This document shows, in pieces, positions 48,490 through 59,122 of a stretch of 64,000 nucleotides of DNA. Positions within the stretch are counted from its first letter, which is position 1. Each line of letters begins with the position of its first letter. The notes beneath the pieces are model-generated. The model did no database searches and had not been told where the DNA came from. It saw only the letters and a list, made by a program, of their open reading frames with translations. Origin of the DNA: an uncultured Gemmatimonadaceae bacterium (GTDB taxonomy: Bacteria; Gemmatimonadota; Gemmatimonadetes; Gemmatimonadales; Gemmatimonadaceae); contig CAVUDW010000003.1 in the NCBI GenBank assembly GCA_963740355.1, positions 128,001-192,000 on the forward strand. Direction: 5' to 3'. The translations under genes were made by a program, and so were the position numbers.

Positions 48490-50939
48490 TGTCGATCGCG
48501 ATCCGACCATCAGCCGTCTCGTCCATCCCGACGGTCGCGTGCACACACTGCGGGCTGCCAGCGCTGGGAGTCGAGCCGTCGGATGGCCCCGTCTTCTGCT
48601 GCAGCGCCTGCGCCACGGCGTACGCCATGATCACTGCGCATGGCCTCGGCGCCTATCATCGGTTCCCGGAGCGGCGCGGGGCGGCGGTTCGGCCATCCGG
48701 TCGCGCGTTCAGCGACTTCGATCATGAGGCGTTCCTCGCACGCTACGTCACCACCGATTCGTCCGGATTGGCGCATATCGAGCTGGCGCTGGAAGGGGTG
48801 CACTGCGCTTCGTGCGTCTGGCTGGTGGAACGAGTGCCGCTGCTCGTCACCGGTGTCGCCAGTGCCGTGCTCGACGTACGACAGAGCCGCGCCTCTGTAT
48901 CGTGGGACCCGCGCGCGACGACGCTCTCCGAGATTGCACGTACGCTCGACGCCCTCGGCTACACGCCACATCCCTACCGAGGGGGAGAACGCGCCAAGCT
49001 GCGGCGGCGTGAGGATCGCGCGATGCTGGTACGCATCGGCGTTGCCGGCGCCATCGCGACCAACGCAATGCTCGCCGCCCTTGCGATCTACGCGGGCGAG
49101 TTCAACACGATGGATAGTGGTTCGCTGACGCTGTTCCGCTGGATCAGTCTCTTCCTCACCATCCCGACGCTCGTCTGGCCAGGCCGGATCTTCTTCACCA
49201 GTGCATGGGCTGCGCTGCGCGCACGGGCCGTGCACATGGACGTGCCGATCGCGTTCGCGCTCGCCGCCGCCACCATCCGTGGCACGATCAATACGGTCAC
49301 TGGCAGCGGCCCGATCTACTTCGACGGCGTGTGCGTGCTGGTATTCCTGCTGCTGGTTGGGCGCTTCCTCCAGGCTCGTGGACAGCGTGCCGCCACCGAT
49401 GCCACGGAGCAACTGTTTGCGCTGACGCCTGCCACGGCGCGGCTGGTTCGATTCGACGGCTCGACAGAGGATGTGCCGGCAGATGCAGTCGCGGTCGGCG
49501 CACTCATCGCCGTGCATGCCGGTGAGACGGTTCCAGTGGATGGCGAAGTGATTGCCGGTGAGAGTCGCATCAATCGCGCGATTCTCACCGGTGAATCGGC
49601 CGACGTTCATGTCGACGTGGGCGATACGGTGTACGCGGGCACGCTCAATCGTACCGCTGAACTGCGTGTCAGCGTGAAGGCCTCGGGCGATGACAGCCGG
49701 CTGGCGCGGATCCTGGCGCAGGTCGACGAAAACTCACGCCGTCGCGCGCCGGTAGTCCTGCTCGCCGACCGCCTCGCATCGCGCCTGGTGCTGGTGGTCT
49801 TGTCACTGGCGGTGGCCACGTTCTTCCTCTGGCTTCGCCGCGACGCTGCCGCCGCCTGGGACAACACCATCGCGTTGCTGATTGCGACCTGTCCGTGTGC
49901 GCTGGCGCTGGCAACACCACTCGCCATGAGCACTGCGGTCGGACGCGCTGCCCGTGCGGGCATCTTCGTGAAAGGCGGCGACACACTCGAGTCGCTGAGC
50001 AGGCCGGGAACGCTGGTGCTGGACAAGACCGGCACCCTCACACTCGGTGAGACGACGCTGGTGTCGTGGGAAGGCGATGTCGCACTGCGACCGCTGATCC
50101 TGGCGCTCGAAGCGACCTCCACGCATCCGATTGCGGCCGGCTTTCGTCGCGCCTGGTCGGGTATCGCAGCGCCGGCCGCAACGGACGTTCGGCACACCAT
50201 CGGCGGCGGTATCATCGGGCAGGTGAACGGCCACCAGGTGTTGCTCGGTTCACCACGATTCGTGGCCGGGCAGTTGCCGCGTGCCACGGCCTCCCTGACG
50301 ATGGCATCGGACGGCTATACCCCAGTCATCATTGCCGTGGATGGGCAGATCGCTGGCCGTGCATCGTTTGGTGATGCGATTCGGCCCGATGCGGCAGACT
50401 CCCTCCGCACACTCCGCGCGCGCGGGTGGAAGACGATCCTCCTGTCCGGTGACGCATCGGCGGTGTCGGCACGAGTCGGCGCCGCACTGGGCTTTGCGCC
50501 GAGCGAGATCTTCGCCGAGTCGTCACCAGAGGACAAGGCGGCGCATGTACGTGCGCTGGTCGTGGCGGCAGGCGGCGGCAGGACGCCCCCATGTGTCGCA
50601 ATGGTTGGTGATGGTGTCAACGACGCGGCGGCGATTGCGGCTGCCACGGTTGGCATCGGCGTGCACGGAGGTGCGGAGGCGTCGCTGTCGACGGCCGACG
50701 TTGCGCTGACCCGTGACGGTCTTGCCGCGCTGGTGGCGCTGGACGACGGAGCGCGTCGCTCGATGGCTGTGATTCGGCGCAATATCCTCTGGGCGTTGGC
50801 CTACAACACTGTTGGTGTCGGGCTCTCGATGACGGGACATGTGACACCACTCGTCGCCGCAGTGATGATGCCCGTCAGCTCACTCACGGTCGTCCTCGCC
50901 AGCTGGTTCAGCACAACGTTCACATCGGAGAAAACATGA
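48489..50939 (+). CDS. ccoI: Cu-transporting P1B-type ATPase (CcoI/FixI)
   Basis: CTHCG, FCC..C, HCASC, TGES, CPCAL, DKTGT, GDGVND. Confidence 0.92.
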   Translation: MSIAIRPSAVSSIPTVACTHCGLPALGVEPSDGPVFCCSACATAYAMITAHGLGAYHRFPERRGAAVRPSGRAFSDFDHEAFLARYVTTDSSGLAHIELALEGVHCASCVWLVERVPLLVTGVASAVLDVRQSRASVSWDPRATTLSEIARTLDALGYTPHPYRGGERAKLRRREDRAMLVRIGVAGAIATNAMLAALAIYAGEFNTMDSGSLTLFRWISLFLTIPTLVWPGRIFFTSAWAALRARAVHMDVPIAFALAAATIRGTINTVTGSGPIYFDGVCVLVFLLLVGRFLQARGQRAATDATEQLFALTPATARLVRFDGSTEDVPADAVAVGALIAVHAGETVPVDGEVIAGESRINRAILTGESADVHVDVGDTVYAGTLNRTAELRVSVKASGDDSRLARILAQVDENSRRRAPVVLLADRLASRLVLVVLSLAVATFFLWLRRDAAAAWDNTIALLIATCPCALALATPLAMSTAVGRAARAGIFVKGGDTLESLSRPGTLVLDKTGTLTLGETTLVSWEGDVALRPLILALEATSTHPIAAGFRRAWSGIAAPAATDVRHTIGGGIIGQVNGHQVLLGSPRFVAGQLPRATASLTMASDGYTPVIIAVDGQIAGRASFGDAIRPDAADSLRTLRARGWKTILLSGDASAVSARVGAALGFAPSEIFAESSPEDKAAHVRALVVAAGGGRTPPCVAMVGDGVNDAAAIAAATVGIGVHGGAEASLSTADVALTRDGLAALVALDDGARRSMAVIRRNILWALAYNTVGVGLSMTGHVTPLVAAVMMPVSSLTVVLASWFSTTFTSEKT

Positions 50940-51076
50940 GCGTCCTGTATGTCGTCGTGCCGCTGGCGCTCGTGATCGTTGGTGTGGGCCTGGCTGGTTA
51001 TCTCTGGGCGGTGCGTGATGGGCAGATGGACGATCTCGAGACGCCCGGGCTCCGGGTGATTCGCGACGACGAGTAG
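50936..51076 (+). CDS. ccoS: cbb3 oxidase maturation protein
   Basis: MSVLYVVVPLAL...WAVRDGQMDDLETP (46 aa); below the ORF-track cut-off. Confidence 0.9.
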   Translation: MSVLYVVVPLALVIVGVGLAGYLWAVRDGQMDDLETPGLRVIRDDE

Positions 51077-51158
51077 TCACACACGATTCGTGAATGTGTG
51101 GTGCTGACGCCGGTTCAGGCGGTGGCTCTGAGTATGCTGCCCTCATGACGGAGGTGTC

Positions 51159-52010
51159 ATGAAGATCGCACTGATCGTGCTGGTCGTGGTCGCATGTGTG
51201 GGTGTATTGATCGTGGTGGTGCCGCGCCTGGCGGATCTGCGTCCGGGCAGCTATCGGTCGCAGTTCGCGCGGTCGCGTGACTCGCTCCTGGCGCGTCCCG
51301 TTGCGGCAGCGCCGATCGTCTCCGAAGCGGACATCACCGCGCTCCCGCCGTTGATGCAGACGTACCTGCGACGAGTCGGCGCGGTAGGCCGCGAGCGTCC
51401 ACACAACGTGCGACTCGAATTCGACGCGCAGATGCGCAGCAGCGCCACGTCGCCCTGGATGAAGTCCACGGCGAGTCAATACGAATTCTTCGTGACACCG
51501 GCTCGCCTGTTCTACATGAACGCATCGCTGGCCGGAATTCCATTCGACGTCTTCCACCGCTATGTCGACGGCGCAGCCACATTCCGCGTGCGCATCGGGA
51601 GCCTCTTCCCGATGGTGGACAAGAGTGGGCCCGCGCTCACAAACGACGAAACCGTGACGTTGATGAACGACATTTTGGTCTTCGCGCCCGCCGCAGTGTT
51701 GTCGCTGCCCTTCACCTTCGAGGCGACGGGCCCTCACACACTGCGTTCGACGTTCAGCAATGCGGGCTTCACCGTCGCCGCCGTCCTGACGTTCGACGAG
51801 CCCGGCGATCTGGTGGGCTTCACGTCGGACGATCGTGCCCATTCGAACGAAGCCGGCCCCGCGACCTGGTCGACGCCCTTGAGCGGCTATCGTGAGCTGA
51901 ATGGCATCCGTGTCAGCACCACTGGCGATGCGAACTGGATCGACCGGACCGGGGAATGGACGTATGGCAAGTTCGCGCTGCGCTCGATCGCCTACAACGT
52001 TGTGAAATAA
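51159..52010 (+). CDS. Membrane-anchored hypothetical protein (DUF6544-like)
   Basis: N-terminal TM, LPPLMQTYL, WSTP; GGAGG RBS. Confidence 0.75.
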   Translation: MKIALIVLVVVACVGVLIVVVPRLADLRPGSYRSQFARSRDSLLARPVAAAPIVSEADITALPPLMQTYLRRVGAVGRERPHNVRLEFDAQMRSSATSPWMKSTASQYEFFVTPARLFYMNASLAGIPFDVFHRYVDGAATFRVRIGSLFPMVDKSGPALTNDETVTLMNDILVFAPAAVLSLPFTFEATGPHTLRSTFSNAGFTVAAVLTFDEPGDLVGFTSDDRAHSNEAGPATWSTPLSGYRELNGIRVSTTGDANWIDRTGEWTYGKFALRSIAYNVVK

Positions 52011-52096
52011 GCACTTACGCCGCCCTAGCCATCTTCTGCCCGGCGGACATTAGTGGCATTCTGTCACGCGATCCGGGTTGCAGTCGTCGGAAGGGT

Positions 52097-52459
52097 ATGC
52101 CTGAGACACTGCTCTCCCGACCAGAGCTCATCCTCAGCCTGCCCGTCAGCGAGTTCGATGCGGGCACGTGGCGGAAGGATGAGCTGATCGCGTTCGCAAA
52201 GGTGCTTGGCGTGCCGATGAAGGGCACCAAGGCCGCAGTCACCGCCAGAATTCGCACGCAACTGCTTCGCCGCAACCCGCCGACGGAGAGCGTGGCGACG
52301 GGGGCAGTGGCATCCAGCGCCGCACCGCCCTCGCTCACGTCGTCAGTCACGCCACAGCAGCCCACCGATTTCTTTCGCGCCGAGCCGGGGCAGTCACGGG
52401 CGCAGGCGCTGGCGGCGTGGTTTGCGAGTCGCAAGGCCGCCGTGAAAAATCACGACTAG
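52097..52459 (+). CDS. Small SAP-like domain protein
   Basis: W.KDELIAFAK.LG...GTK...ARI pattern. Confidence 0.6.
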   Translation: MPETLLSRPELILSLPVSEFDAGTWRKDELIAFAKVLGVPMKGTKAAVTARIRTQLLRRNPPTESVATGAVASSAAPPSLTSSVTPQQPTDFFRAEPGQSRAQALAAWFASRKAAVKNHD

Positions 52460-53238
52460 TCAACGTCGTCGACCTCTTCGTCTTCCACTCCGGCGAATCC
52501 AACGGCGTGGCCGAAGCCAGAACCAGGGAAGTCGTGGTCGGCGAGGAGCAGCCATCCTCCGTCTGGTTGCCGACGGCAGCTCGCAGTCATCGCGTGCCAC
52601 CCACGCCCACGCTCCTTCGCCAATTCCTGCTCGTCCAACGGCAACGCGGCGAGCCGCTGCTGATGCGCTTCCAAGTCACGCTGATCACGCGCCGATAGCT
52701 TCACGGGCATGGTCGCGGGCTGGAAGTCGAAGCGGTAGACGAGTGTCGCGATTGGCCCATCCATCCCCACGCATCCCAGAGCCTTCAAGGGTGTTTCTGG
52801 AAAAGCTTGTACTTCGCCGCCGACCAGCACTTCGGCGGGAAGGTGTCCGTCGGCCACCATCTGCTCCATCTGCCGACGACTGGACCGTCCATCGAGGAAT
52901 GCCGAGAAGACCTCGTCAGCGTTCATCGCGCGAAGCGCATCGATCGACGGTACACCAGGGAGCTGTCGAGATAGTTGGCCATGCCGATCAAGATGTGCAT
53001 TTCGCCGTTTCAGCTCGTACTCCGCCACCTCGATCGGCATGTCGGGCTCGTAACGACGAATCTCGTCCACAGTCTGCGGACGGTAATTGCTCGGACCGCT
53101 GAACTGCTCGATGAGTCCGCGCTGAAACGCTCGCAGGCTCACTGGGTCGCAGCACTTCGCGACACCCAGATAGTCGCCAGCGTTCTTGCGTTCGATCGCC
53201 ACTCGAAAGAGTTCGAGCGGATCCGAGAATGCAATCAC
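52456..53238 (-). CDS. Hypothetical protein
   Basis: Open frame with protein-like composition from GTG 53238; the upstream part of the listed ORF overlaps ocd and is discounted. Confidence 0.6.
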   Translation of the reverse strand: MIAFSDPLELFRVAIERKNAGDYLGVAKCCDPVSLRAFQRGLIEQFSGPSNYRPQTVDEIRRYEPDMPIEVAEYELKRRNAHLDRHGQLSRQLPGVPSIDALRAMNADEVFSAFLDGRSSRRQMEQMVADGHLPAEVLVGGEVQAFPETPLKALGCVGMDGPIATLVYRFDFQPATMPVKLSARDQRDLEAHQQRLAALPLDEQELAKERGRGWHAMTASCRRQPDGGWLLLADHDFPGSGFGHAVGFAGVEDEEVDDVD

Positions 53239-53324
53239 GCCCGTACCCCTCGGCGCAGTGTATTTAGAGCTAAAGTGAACTCTGAAATACTTACGACACG
53301 AAGGCAGTCGGCGCAATCCCGCTG

Positions 53325-54344
53325 CTACTTCACCCCCGCAATCACCCCATACAAATCCGTCGGATCCTTCAGGTCCGGGACCAGATCGATCTGCGCCGCA
53401 CCACCATCCCGCTGCGTCAGGTCGTACAGATACCTGAGCATCGAGAAGTCCTCGATCGCAAAGCCGACGGAATCGAAGATCGTGACGTCGCTGGCACTGG
53501 TGCGCCCAGGGGCACGCCCGGTCAGCACCTGCCACAACTCGGTCACCGCAAACTCGGCGGGCATCTGCTGCAACTCTCCCTCGATGCGCGACTGGGGCTC
53601 GAATTCGACGAAGACACGCGCCGCCTTCACCACCGCCGCTTCGAGCTCCGTCTTGCCTGGGCAATCGCCGCCGATCGCGTTCAGGTGCACACCGGGCACG
53701 ACGTGCTGCGGACCGAGCACTGCGGCCCGCTTCTTTGCGGCCGTGGCGGTGGTGATGATGTCGGCGCCCTGCACCGCGTCTTCCACCGACGAGGCCTGGA
53801 TCAACTCGAGGCCTGAACCGGCAAGGTTTCGCGCAAACTTCGCGTAGGCCGCCGGATTGATGTCGAACGCGCGGATGGTGCGCACCGGCGTCGCGGCCAG
53901 AAAGGCGAGTGCCTGAAATTCCGACTGCGCCCCCAAGCCGATCAGTGCCATCACCGTCGAATCGGGACGCGCGAGGTGGCGCGCCGCCATCGCTGACGTC
54001 GCGGCGGTACGCAGCGCGGTGCTCACGGTCATCTCGCTCAACAACAGCGGATAGCCGGTCGCGACATCGGCCAGTACACCGAGTCCCGTCACGGTCAGCT
54101 TGCCGACGGGTGCGTTCGCCGGATGGCCGTTCACGTACTTGAACGAATACAAGGTCGCATCCGATGTCGGCATCAACTCGATCACGCCCTGCGCCGAATG
54201 GCTCGCCAGTCGCGCGCTCTTCTCGAACTGCTCCCAGCGACGGAAGTCACTCTCGAGATACTCCACCAGGCCGGCCAGGAACGGCACCGGGCCGATGCGC
54301 GAAACGAGGCGGGCGACGGCCGGCACGTCGAGAAATTGCACCAT
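53325..54344 (-). CDS. ocd: Ornithine cyclodeaminase
   Basis: GVIELMP, FKYVNGHP, TALRTAATS, IGLGAQSEFQ, GGDCPGKTEL, FDSVGFAIED. Confidence 0.93.
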   Translation of the reverse strand: MVQFLDVPAVARLVSRIGPVPFLAGLVEYLESDFRRWEQFEKSARLASHSAQGVIELMPTSDATLYSFKYVNGHPANAPVGKLTVTGLGVLADVATGYPLLLSEMTVSTALRTAATSAMAARHLARPDSTVMALIGLGAQSEFQALAFLAATPVRTIRAFDINPAAYAKFARNLAGSGLELIQASSVEDAVQGADIITTATAAKKRAAVLGPQHVVPGVHLNAIGGDCPGKTELEAAVVKAARVFVEFEPQSRIEGELQQMPAEFAVTELWQVLTGRAPGRTSASDVTIFDSVGFAIEDFSMLRYLYDLTQRDGGAAQIDLVPDLKDPTDLYGVIAGVK

Positions 54345-54456
54345 CAGAACGGAGCTCCAGTCGAACGGGACAGGGGACGCGGCGTGATTGGTCGCGTCCT
54401 GCAGTGTAATCGCGATATGTCAGACCAACTGCCTCGTCTCCATGACGAGCCGCCCG

Positions 54457-55131
54457 CTACCAGATCACAAGCACCGTGTCTGCAGTCGGGGCCGATTCGG
54501 CGCGCATCCGCGGCGCATCGGGCTCGGGCACGGTCGTGAATCGCCCCGGATCGGGAAGCGCCGCCCACGCCCATTCGGTGTGCGCCGGATTGGCCGGGTC
54601 GCGCCAACAGCTGGCGTCAGTCAGCGTGGGCCGACTGTGCGCTCGCAGCACCTCAGGCAGGGCCTTCCGCTGTGTCGCGATCAAGGCGGGACAGACCACC
54701 ACCCGGGTCACACTGTCACCAACACTCACGAATCGGAACGCCATGCGCGTGTAGGCGGCCTCGAATCGCACCGCCTCGCCGAGGCAGACCAGCAGGCTAT
54801 CCCGGCCACGGCCCTCGGTCTCACGACAGAACAGCTGTGCGCCAGTCATGGTCGCCCGCACCATCCGCAGGCTCGGCGTCGGACCGATCTGCTTCCGCAG
54901 CAGTCTCTCGGCGGTCGACGCCTCACGGGTTTTGGCGAACTCGACCGGAACTGTCGGCCGATTGTCGGGGATCTGCGCGATCAGTGCGATGGCCGAGGCG
55001 AGCAACGCGCTGACCCCGATCGGGATCGCGAGCCGACGACGCCGAGACACCGGGCGCAGGACCAGTGCCACCGCCGGCTCCTCCATAAACCACTGATTCG
55101 GATCCCGGGGCGGGCTGGAGAAGGCGACCAT
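54457..55131 (-). CDS. Hypothetical membrane-anchored protein
   Basis: One TM helix followed by a Cys-containing soluble domain; start uncertain. Confidence 0.5.
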   Translation of the reverse strand: MVAFSSPPRDPNQWFMEEPAVALVLRPVSRRRRLAIPIGVSALLASAIALIAQIPDNRPTVPVEFAKTREASTAERLLRKQIGPTPSLRMVRATMTGAQLFCRETEGRGRDSLLVCLGEAVRFEAAYTRMAFRFVSVGDSVTRVVVCPALIATQRKALPEVLRAHSRPTLTDASCWRDPANPAHTEWAWAALPDPGRFTTVPEPDAPRMRAESAPTADTVLVIW

Positions 55132-55175
55132 GGTCGGAATGTGCCTCGCGGCTCGAGCGGCCGATACTCCCCCCC

Positions 55176-56282
55176 ATGCGGTCTCCTGCGCCATACGTTT
55201 GCCTCGCCTTCGCGCTCGTCGGCCCCGCCACCCTGGCGGCGCAGGACCGTGCGCCACTCGTTGCCGGCCGCCCCGAAGCGGACTGGCGAGATGACCTCCG
55301 AAATCCGCAACCAATCGTGCGGCAGGCGGCCCTCGAGGCACTGGTGCAGTTCTCGGATGTCACCACCACCACGATCCTCTACCTCACGCCGCTGATCGGC
55401 GACCCGGATGTGGCCGTGCGCCGCACCGCGATTCGCGCAATCGGCCACGGTGGCAAGGCAGCGCGGAAGGCGTCCCCTGCCCTCTGGCGCGCCTGGCGCG
55501 ACGATGACCCGCTGGTCTCGGCCGACGCGGGCATCGCGCTGGTGCAGATCGGCGATGAGAACATCCGGCTCTTTCGCAATCGGCTCGGCGTCGGTGATGC
55601 ACGCGATCGTGCGCGCGCGGCAGCCGCCCTGGCAAACGCCGGTGTCGCCGCACGCAATGCGATCCATGCGTTGCGCGATCACGTGGGCGACGAAGACGCG
55701 CGCGTCCGCGGTGCGACACTCACCGCGCTGGTGGCGCTGGATGAGACGCCGGGAAAGAAGACGGCCACGTTGGTGGGCAAGAGTCTCGCGCGCGAACTGA
55801 GCGACTCGCCACAGTTGGATGGAAGTGATGCGATTGCGCGTGCGCGCTCGGCGCTCACGATCCTCACGCGGGCCGGCCGAAATGCCAGTGGGGCACAGCA
55901 GCCGCTGCAACTCATCCTCTGGGACGGGCCGGCGCCATTGCGCGCGAATGCCGCGCAGGTCTTGGGCAAGATGCCTGGTGACGGCGACAAGGCGCTCGTT
56001 CGTGCACTCGCCGCCGGCGACGAGCGTGTGCGCGAAGCTGCGCTGCTCGGTCTCCTCGCCGATCGGAGTCGTCGACGTCCGCTCCCCGCAGTGGTGGACT
56101 CGCTGCAGAAGATGGACCCGTCGGCGGACACCGCCCGCGCTCGTGTGTTCGTCGAGGCGCTCGGTTACGTGGGCACCAGAAGTCGGGGCCTCGATCGTGC
56201 GCTCAATCGCGCAGTGCAGCGTGCGCCGTCGCTCGGCCCCGCAGTGACGCTGGCGCGCCGTCGCCTGACGATCGGATTCTGA
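55176..56282 (+). CDS. Secreted HEAT-repeat protein
   Basis: Signal peptide and repeated D.D..VR..A..AL units. Confidence 0.8.
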   Translation: MRSPAPYVCLAFALVGPATLAAQDRAPLVAGRPEADWRDDLRNPQPIVRQAALEALVQFSDVTTTTILYLTPLIGDPDVAVRRTAIRAIGHGGKAARKASPALWRAWRDDDPLVSADAGIALVQIGDENIRLFRNRLGVGDARDRARAAAALANAGVAARNAIHALRDHVGDEDARVRGATLTALVALDETPGKKTATLVGKSLARELSDSPQLDGSDAIARARSALTILTRAGRNASGAQQPLQLILWDGPAPLRANAAQVLGKMPGDGDKALVRALAAGDERVREAALLGLLADRSRRRPLPAVVDSLQKMDPSADTARARVFVEALGYVGTRSRGLDRALNRAVQRAPSLGPAVTLARRRLTIGF

Positions 56283-56300
56283 TCCATTTGACGTGTGCCG

Positions 56301-56329
56301 TTGCCGCGGGCCCCATTACGGGGTAGCAT
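56301..56329 (+). promoter_or_regulatory. Sigma70-like promoter, probably giving a leaderless transcript
   Basis: TTGCCG-N17-TAGCAT ending 6 nt before ATG 56336. Confidence 0.5.
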
Positions 56330-56335
56330 CGCGGC

Positions 56336-57145
56336 ATGGTGATTGAGAAGCTGTCGACACACGAAAACGACGCGCGGGCTGACCCGCTCGCCCGCTTTCG
56401 CGCGCAGGACCTGGACGCGGCGATGGCCGACGCGACCCGCAAGCAGGGTGTCGTGACGCCGATGTTCGACGTCATCGCGCCACGCTACGATGCCTTCACG
56501 CGACTCTTCTCGTTCGGGATGGACGCCACGTGGAAGGCGGACCTGGTGGACGCCGTGGTCGCGCGAAGCGCCGCCGCCACCCGCGCACTCGATGTCGCAT
56601 GCGGCACAGGGGACATCGGGTTTGCCCTGGCGAGTCGCTTGCCATCGCTGCAGATGACAGGGGTCGACCCGTCAGCTGAAATGCTCACGATTGCGAGCAC
56701 CCGCATTCCCGCTGCTGACGCGACGCGTGTGCGGTTCCACCTCGGCGAGTTCGCGGCCCTGCCCGCCGAGTCGGCGAGCGTCGACGTGCTCACCGCGGGT
56801 TATGGCTTTCGCAATGTGCCGAACCTGGAAGCGGCGGTGCGTGAATGCGCTCGTGTCATCAAGCCAGGGGGGACGCTTGGATCACTCGACTTCTTCATCC
56901 CACACAATCGCCTCTGGCGTGCGCTGTTCCTCTGGTACCTGCGCACCGCAGGCAACGTCGTGGGCTGGTGGTGGCATCGCACGCCAGCAATTTACGGCTA
57001 CATCGCACGATCGATCGCGGCCTTCGTGACCGCCGAAGAGTTCACCGCACTGCTACAACGCAACGGCTTCCGGGTGATCGAAACACCACGCATGCTGTTC
57101 GGCGGCATCGCGCTTCACCTGGCCGTTCGCGAGGGAAATCCATGA
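56336..57145 (+). CDS. UbiE/MenG-family SAM-dependent methyltransferase
   Basis: MFD.IAPRYD...SFGMD..W, LDVACGTGD, GFRNV, RVIKPGG. Confidence 0.85.
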   Translation: MVIEKLSTHENDARADPLARFRAQDLDAAMADATRKQGVVTPMFDVIAPRYDAFTRLFSFGMDATWKADLVDAVVARSAAATRALDVACGTGDIGFALASRLPSLQMTGVDPSAEMLTIASTRIPAADATRVRFHLGEFAALPAESASVDVLTAGYGFRNVPNLEAAVRECARVIKPGGTLGSLDFFIPHNRLWRALFLWYLRTAGNVVGWWWHRTPAIYGYIARSIAAFVTAEEFTALLQRNGFRVIETPRMLFGGIALHLAVREGNP

Positions 57146-57822
57146 ATACGCTGGTCCTTGGTGCGAACGGCCCACTCGGGCTGGCGTGCATTCGCCAGGT
57201 GCTGTCTGGTGGCGCATCCGTCGTCGCGGCAGTGCAGGCGCCGCATCGCATTCCACCTGCCTTGCACGACCTGCGTGAAGAATTTCCCGCGCAGCTCACC
57301 TCAATCGCATGGCAGGCCGGCAAGTGGCCGGCGATACCTGCAGTCGAACGCGCGATCGTGGCAGAATTGCCGATCCCGCCAGCGCAGACAGACGAAGCAG
57401 ACGATCCTGTCGCGGATATCCGGGCGCTGACGATGGACGCCGCACTGGCCGAGTTGCGTGCCCTGCTCGCGCCGACGCTGGCGGCGATTCAGTTGATCTC
57501 GATCGTGCGACCGCAACGCGTGCTCATCCAGGCCAGCTGGCTCGGATCGATCGAGGAGAAGATCCGCGGCGGCGGCTACGCGCTGAGCGTTGCCTACGCC
57601 GCCCAGCTGATGCTCGTGCGCACCGCAGCGCTGGACCTGCACCGCGCCGGAATCGCGACCGTCGTCGGAAACGCGGGCCGCTACAAACTCGACATGGCTG
57701 GCCCAGGCTTCCACGCCGACGTCGACGACGTCGCCCGCGGCCTGATTGGCGTGCTCGACAATTGTCAGTCAGGGTCGGAGCCGGAGTACCGGGACTGGCG
57801 AGGCAACGTGCGGCGCTGGTAG
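57142..57822 (+). CDS. Divergent SDR-like Rossmann-fold protein
   Basis: LVLGANGPLG, SWLGSI, GGGY..S, C-terminal DWRG..W; ATGA overlap with the methyltransferase. Confidence 0.65.
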   Translation: MNTLVLGANGPLGLACIRQVLSGGASVVAAVQAPHRIPPALHDLREEFPAQLTSIAWQAGKWPAIPAVERAIVAELPIPPAQTDEADDPVADIRALTMDAALAELRALLAPTLAAIQLISIVRPQRVLIQASWLGSIEEKIRGGGYALSVAYAAQLMLVRTAALDLHRAGIATVVGNAGRYKLDMAGPGFHADVDDVARGLIGVLDNCQSGSEPEYRDWRGNVRRW

Positions 57823-57922
57823 CACTGCGCCGCTCACGGTCCAGCTCGGCAGAGTGAACATTCGGCGGTAAACAGCCGATCCTTTCCCGGATGGACCGCC
57901 CGTTTCCCACTGTGCCACGCCG

Positions 57923-59017
57923 ATGAACATTCCGCCCCTGCAGGGGACGGGGGCCGGTATGCCGCCGTTCCGCGTGCCGGTGCTGACTGCGCCGATCAGC
58001 ACCGGCGTACCACCGCTCATCGGTGACGACGAACTGGCCGGTGTGCCGCTGGGCGCACCGAGTGCCCCGCCTGGCGGGAGCGCGCGGCAGGACCCGCCGA
58101 TCTCCCTGGCGGGACGTCTCGATACCGGCAACGTCCTGCCGGAAACCACCAAGCTCGCGCTCGCGCTCGAATCGGCGACGCGCGCACTGCAGCACGGGCG
58201 CGTCGATCAGGTGCTGACGGAGCTGGACGCGGTCTGGTCCAACCAGCTGGCATCCGACTCGCCATGGTACCTGCGGACCGCGGCGCTCCAGGTGCTGGGT
58301 CGACTCGGCGATGCCGAGCAGGTGATGCGCGATGCGATCGAACGACTGCCCCGCTCTGCCGCGCTGCTGTATCTGCTCGGCGTCCATACGGCGTTTCGCG
58401 GCCAGCCCGACGCGGCGCGGCTGGCGAACGATCATGCCCTCGCGCTCCATCCGGCGGAGCCGCTGCTCTGGTTGCAACGTGCGGCGCTCGCTGAGCGTGG
58501 ATCGATGGCGGACGGCGCGGCCGCGATGCTGGCCCATGTGGAAGCGATGGAGCCAGCCTTTCCCGCGTCGCAGTGGCTCGCGACGCTGATGCGCCTGGGC
58601 GAGGGATCGGCGCGCACACCGACGCCGGTGATGCAGCGCGCGATCGCGCGGCTCACGCCGTCATCGATTCCGGTCGTCAGCGACCAACCGACCGCAACGC
58701 CGCCATCGGCATTGCCCATTCCCCCGTCGGTGCTCGAGCATGCCGTGCGATATGGGCTCACGCTGCTCGAGTCACCGACCCAGAGCGCACGCACCGCGAC
58801 GCAGGCATCATCAGCGAGCAGTCGTTCCGGGAACTACGCGGGCATCATCACCGGCCCTGCGCCATTGCCGCCGGTGCGCGCCGAGCTCCCGTCGTGGGAC
58901 ACCCTGATTCTCGCGGCGGGCGTGATCGTGATCGTCGTCATACCGCCGCTGCGGATTCCGGCCATGATGATCTGTGGTGCCTGCGCCATGTTGATCATCG
59001 CGCGCAAGCTGCGCTGA
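57923..59017 (+). CDS. Hypothetical TPR-like protein with C-terminal TM hairpin
   Basis: Helical repeats (LG...DAEQ, ALALHP) and a hydrophobic C-terminus. Confidence 0.65.
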   Translation: MNIPPLQGTGAGMPPFRVPVLTAPISTGVPPLIGDDELAGVPLGAPSAPPGGSARQDPPISLAGRLDTGNVLPETTKLALALESATRALQHGRVDQVLTELDAVWSNQLASDSPWYLRTAALQVLGRLGDAEQVMRDAIERLPRSAALLYLLGVHTAFRGQPDAARLANDHALALHPAEPLLWLQRAALAERGSMADGAAAMLAHVEAMEPAFPASQWLATLMRLGEGSARTPTPVMQRAIARLTPSSIPVVSDQPTATPPSALPIPPSVLEHAVRYGLTLLESPTQSARTATQASSASSRSGNYAGIITGPAPLPPVRAELPSWDTLILAAGVIVIVVIPPLRIPAMMICGACAMLIIARKLR

Positions 59018-59122
59018 CATGACAGTCGGCGTCCATCGCGACGCCGTCGGTCAATCGTTCGTGTATTCGGCCAGGTGATCTTTCGCCCGATCGGGCGTCG
59101 AACCGACGCGCCGCTGCAGCTG

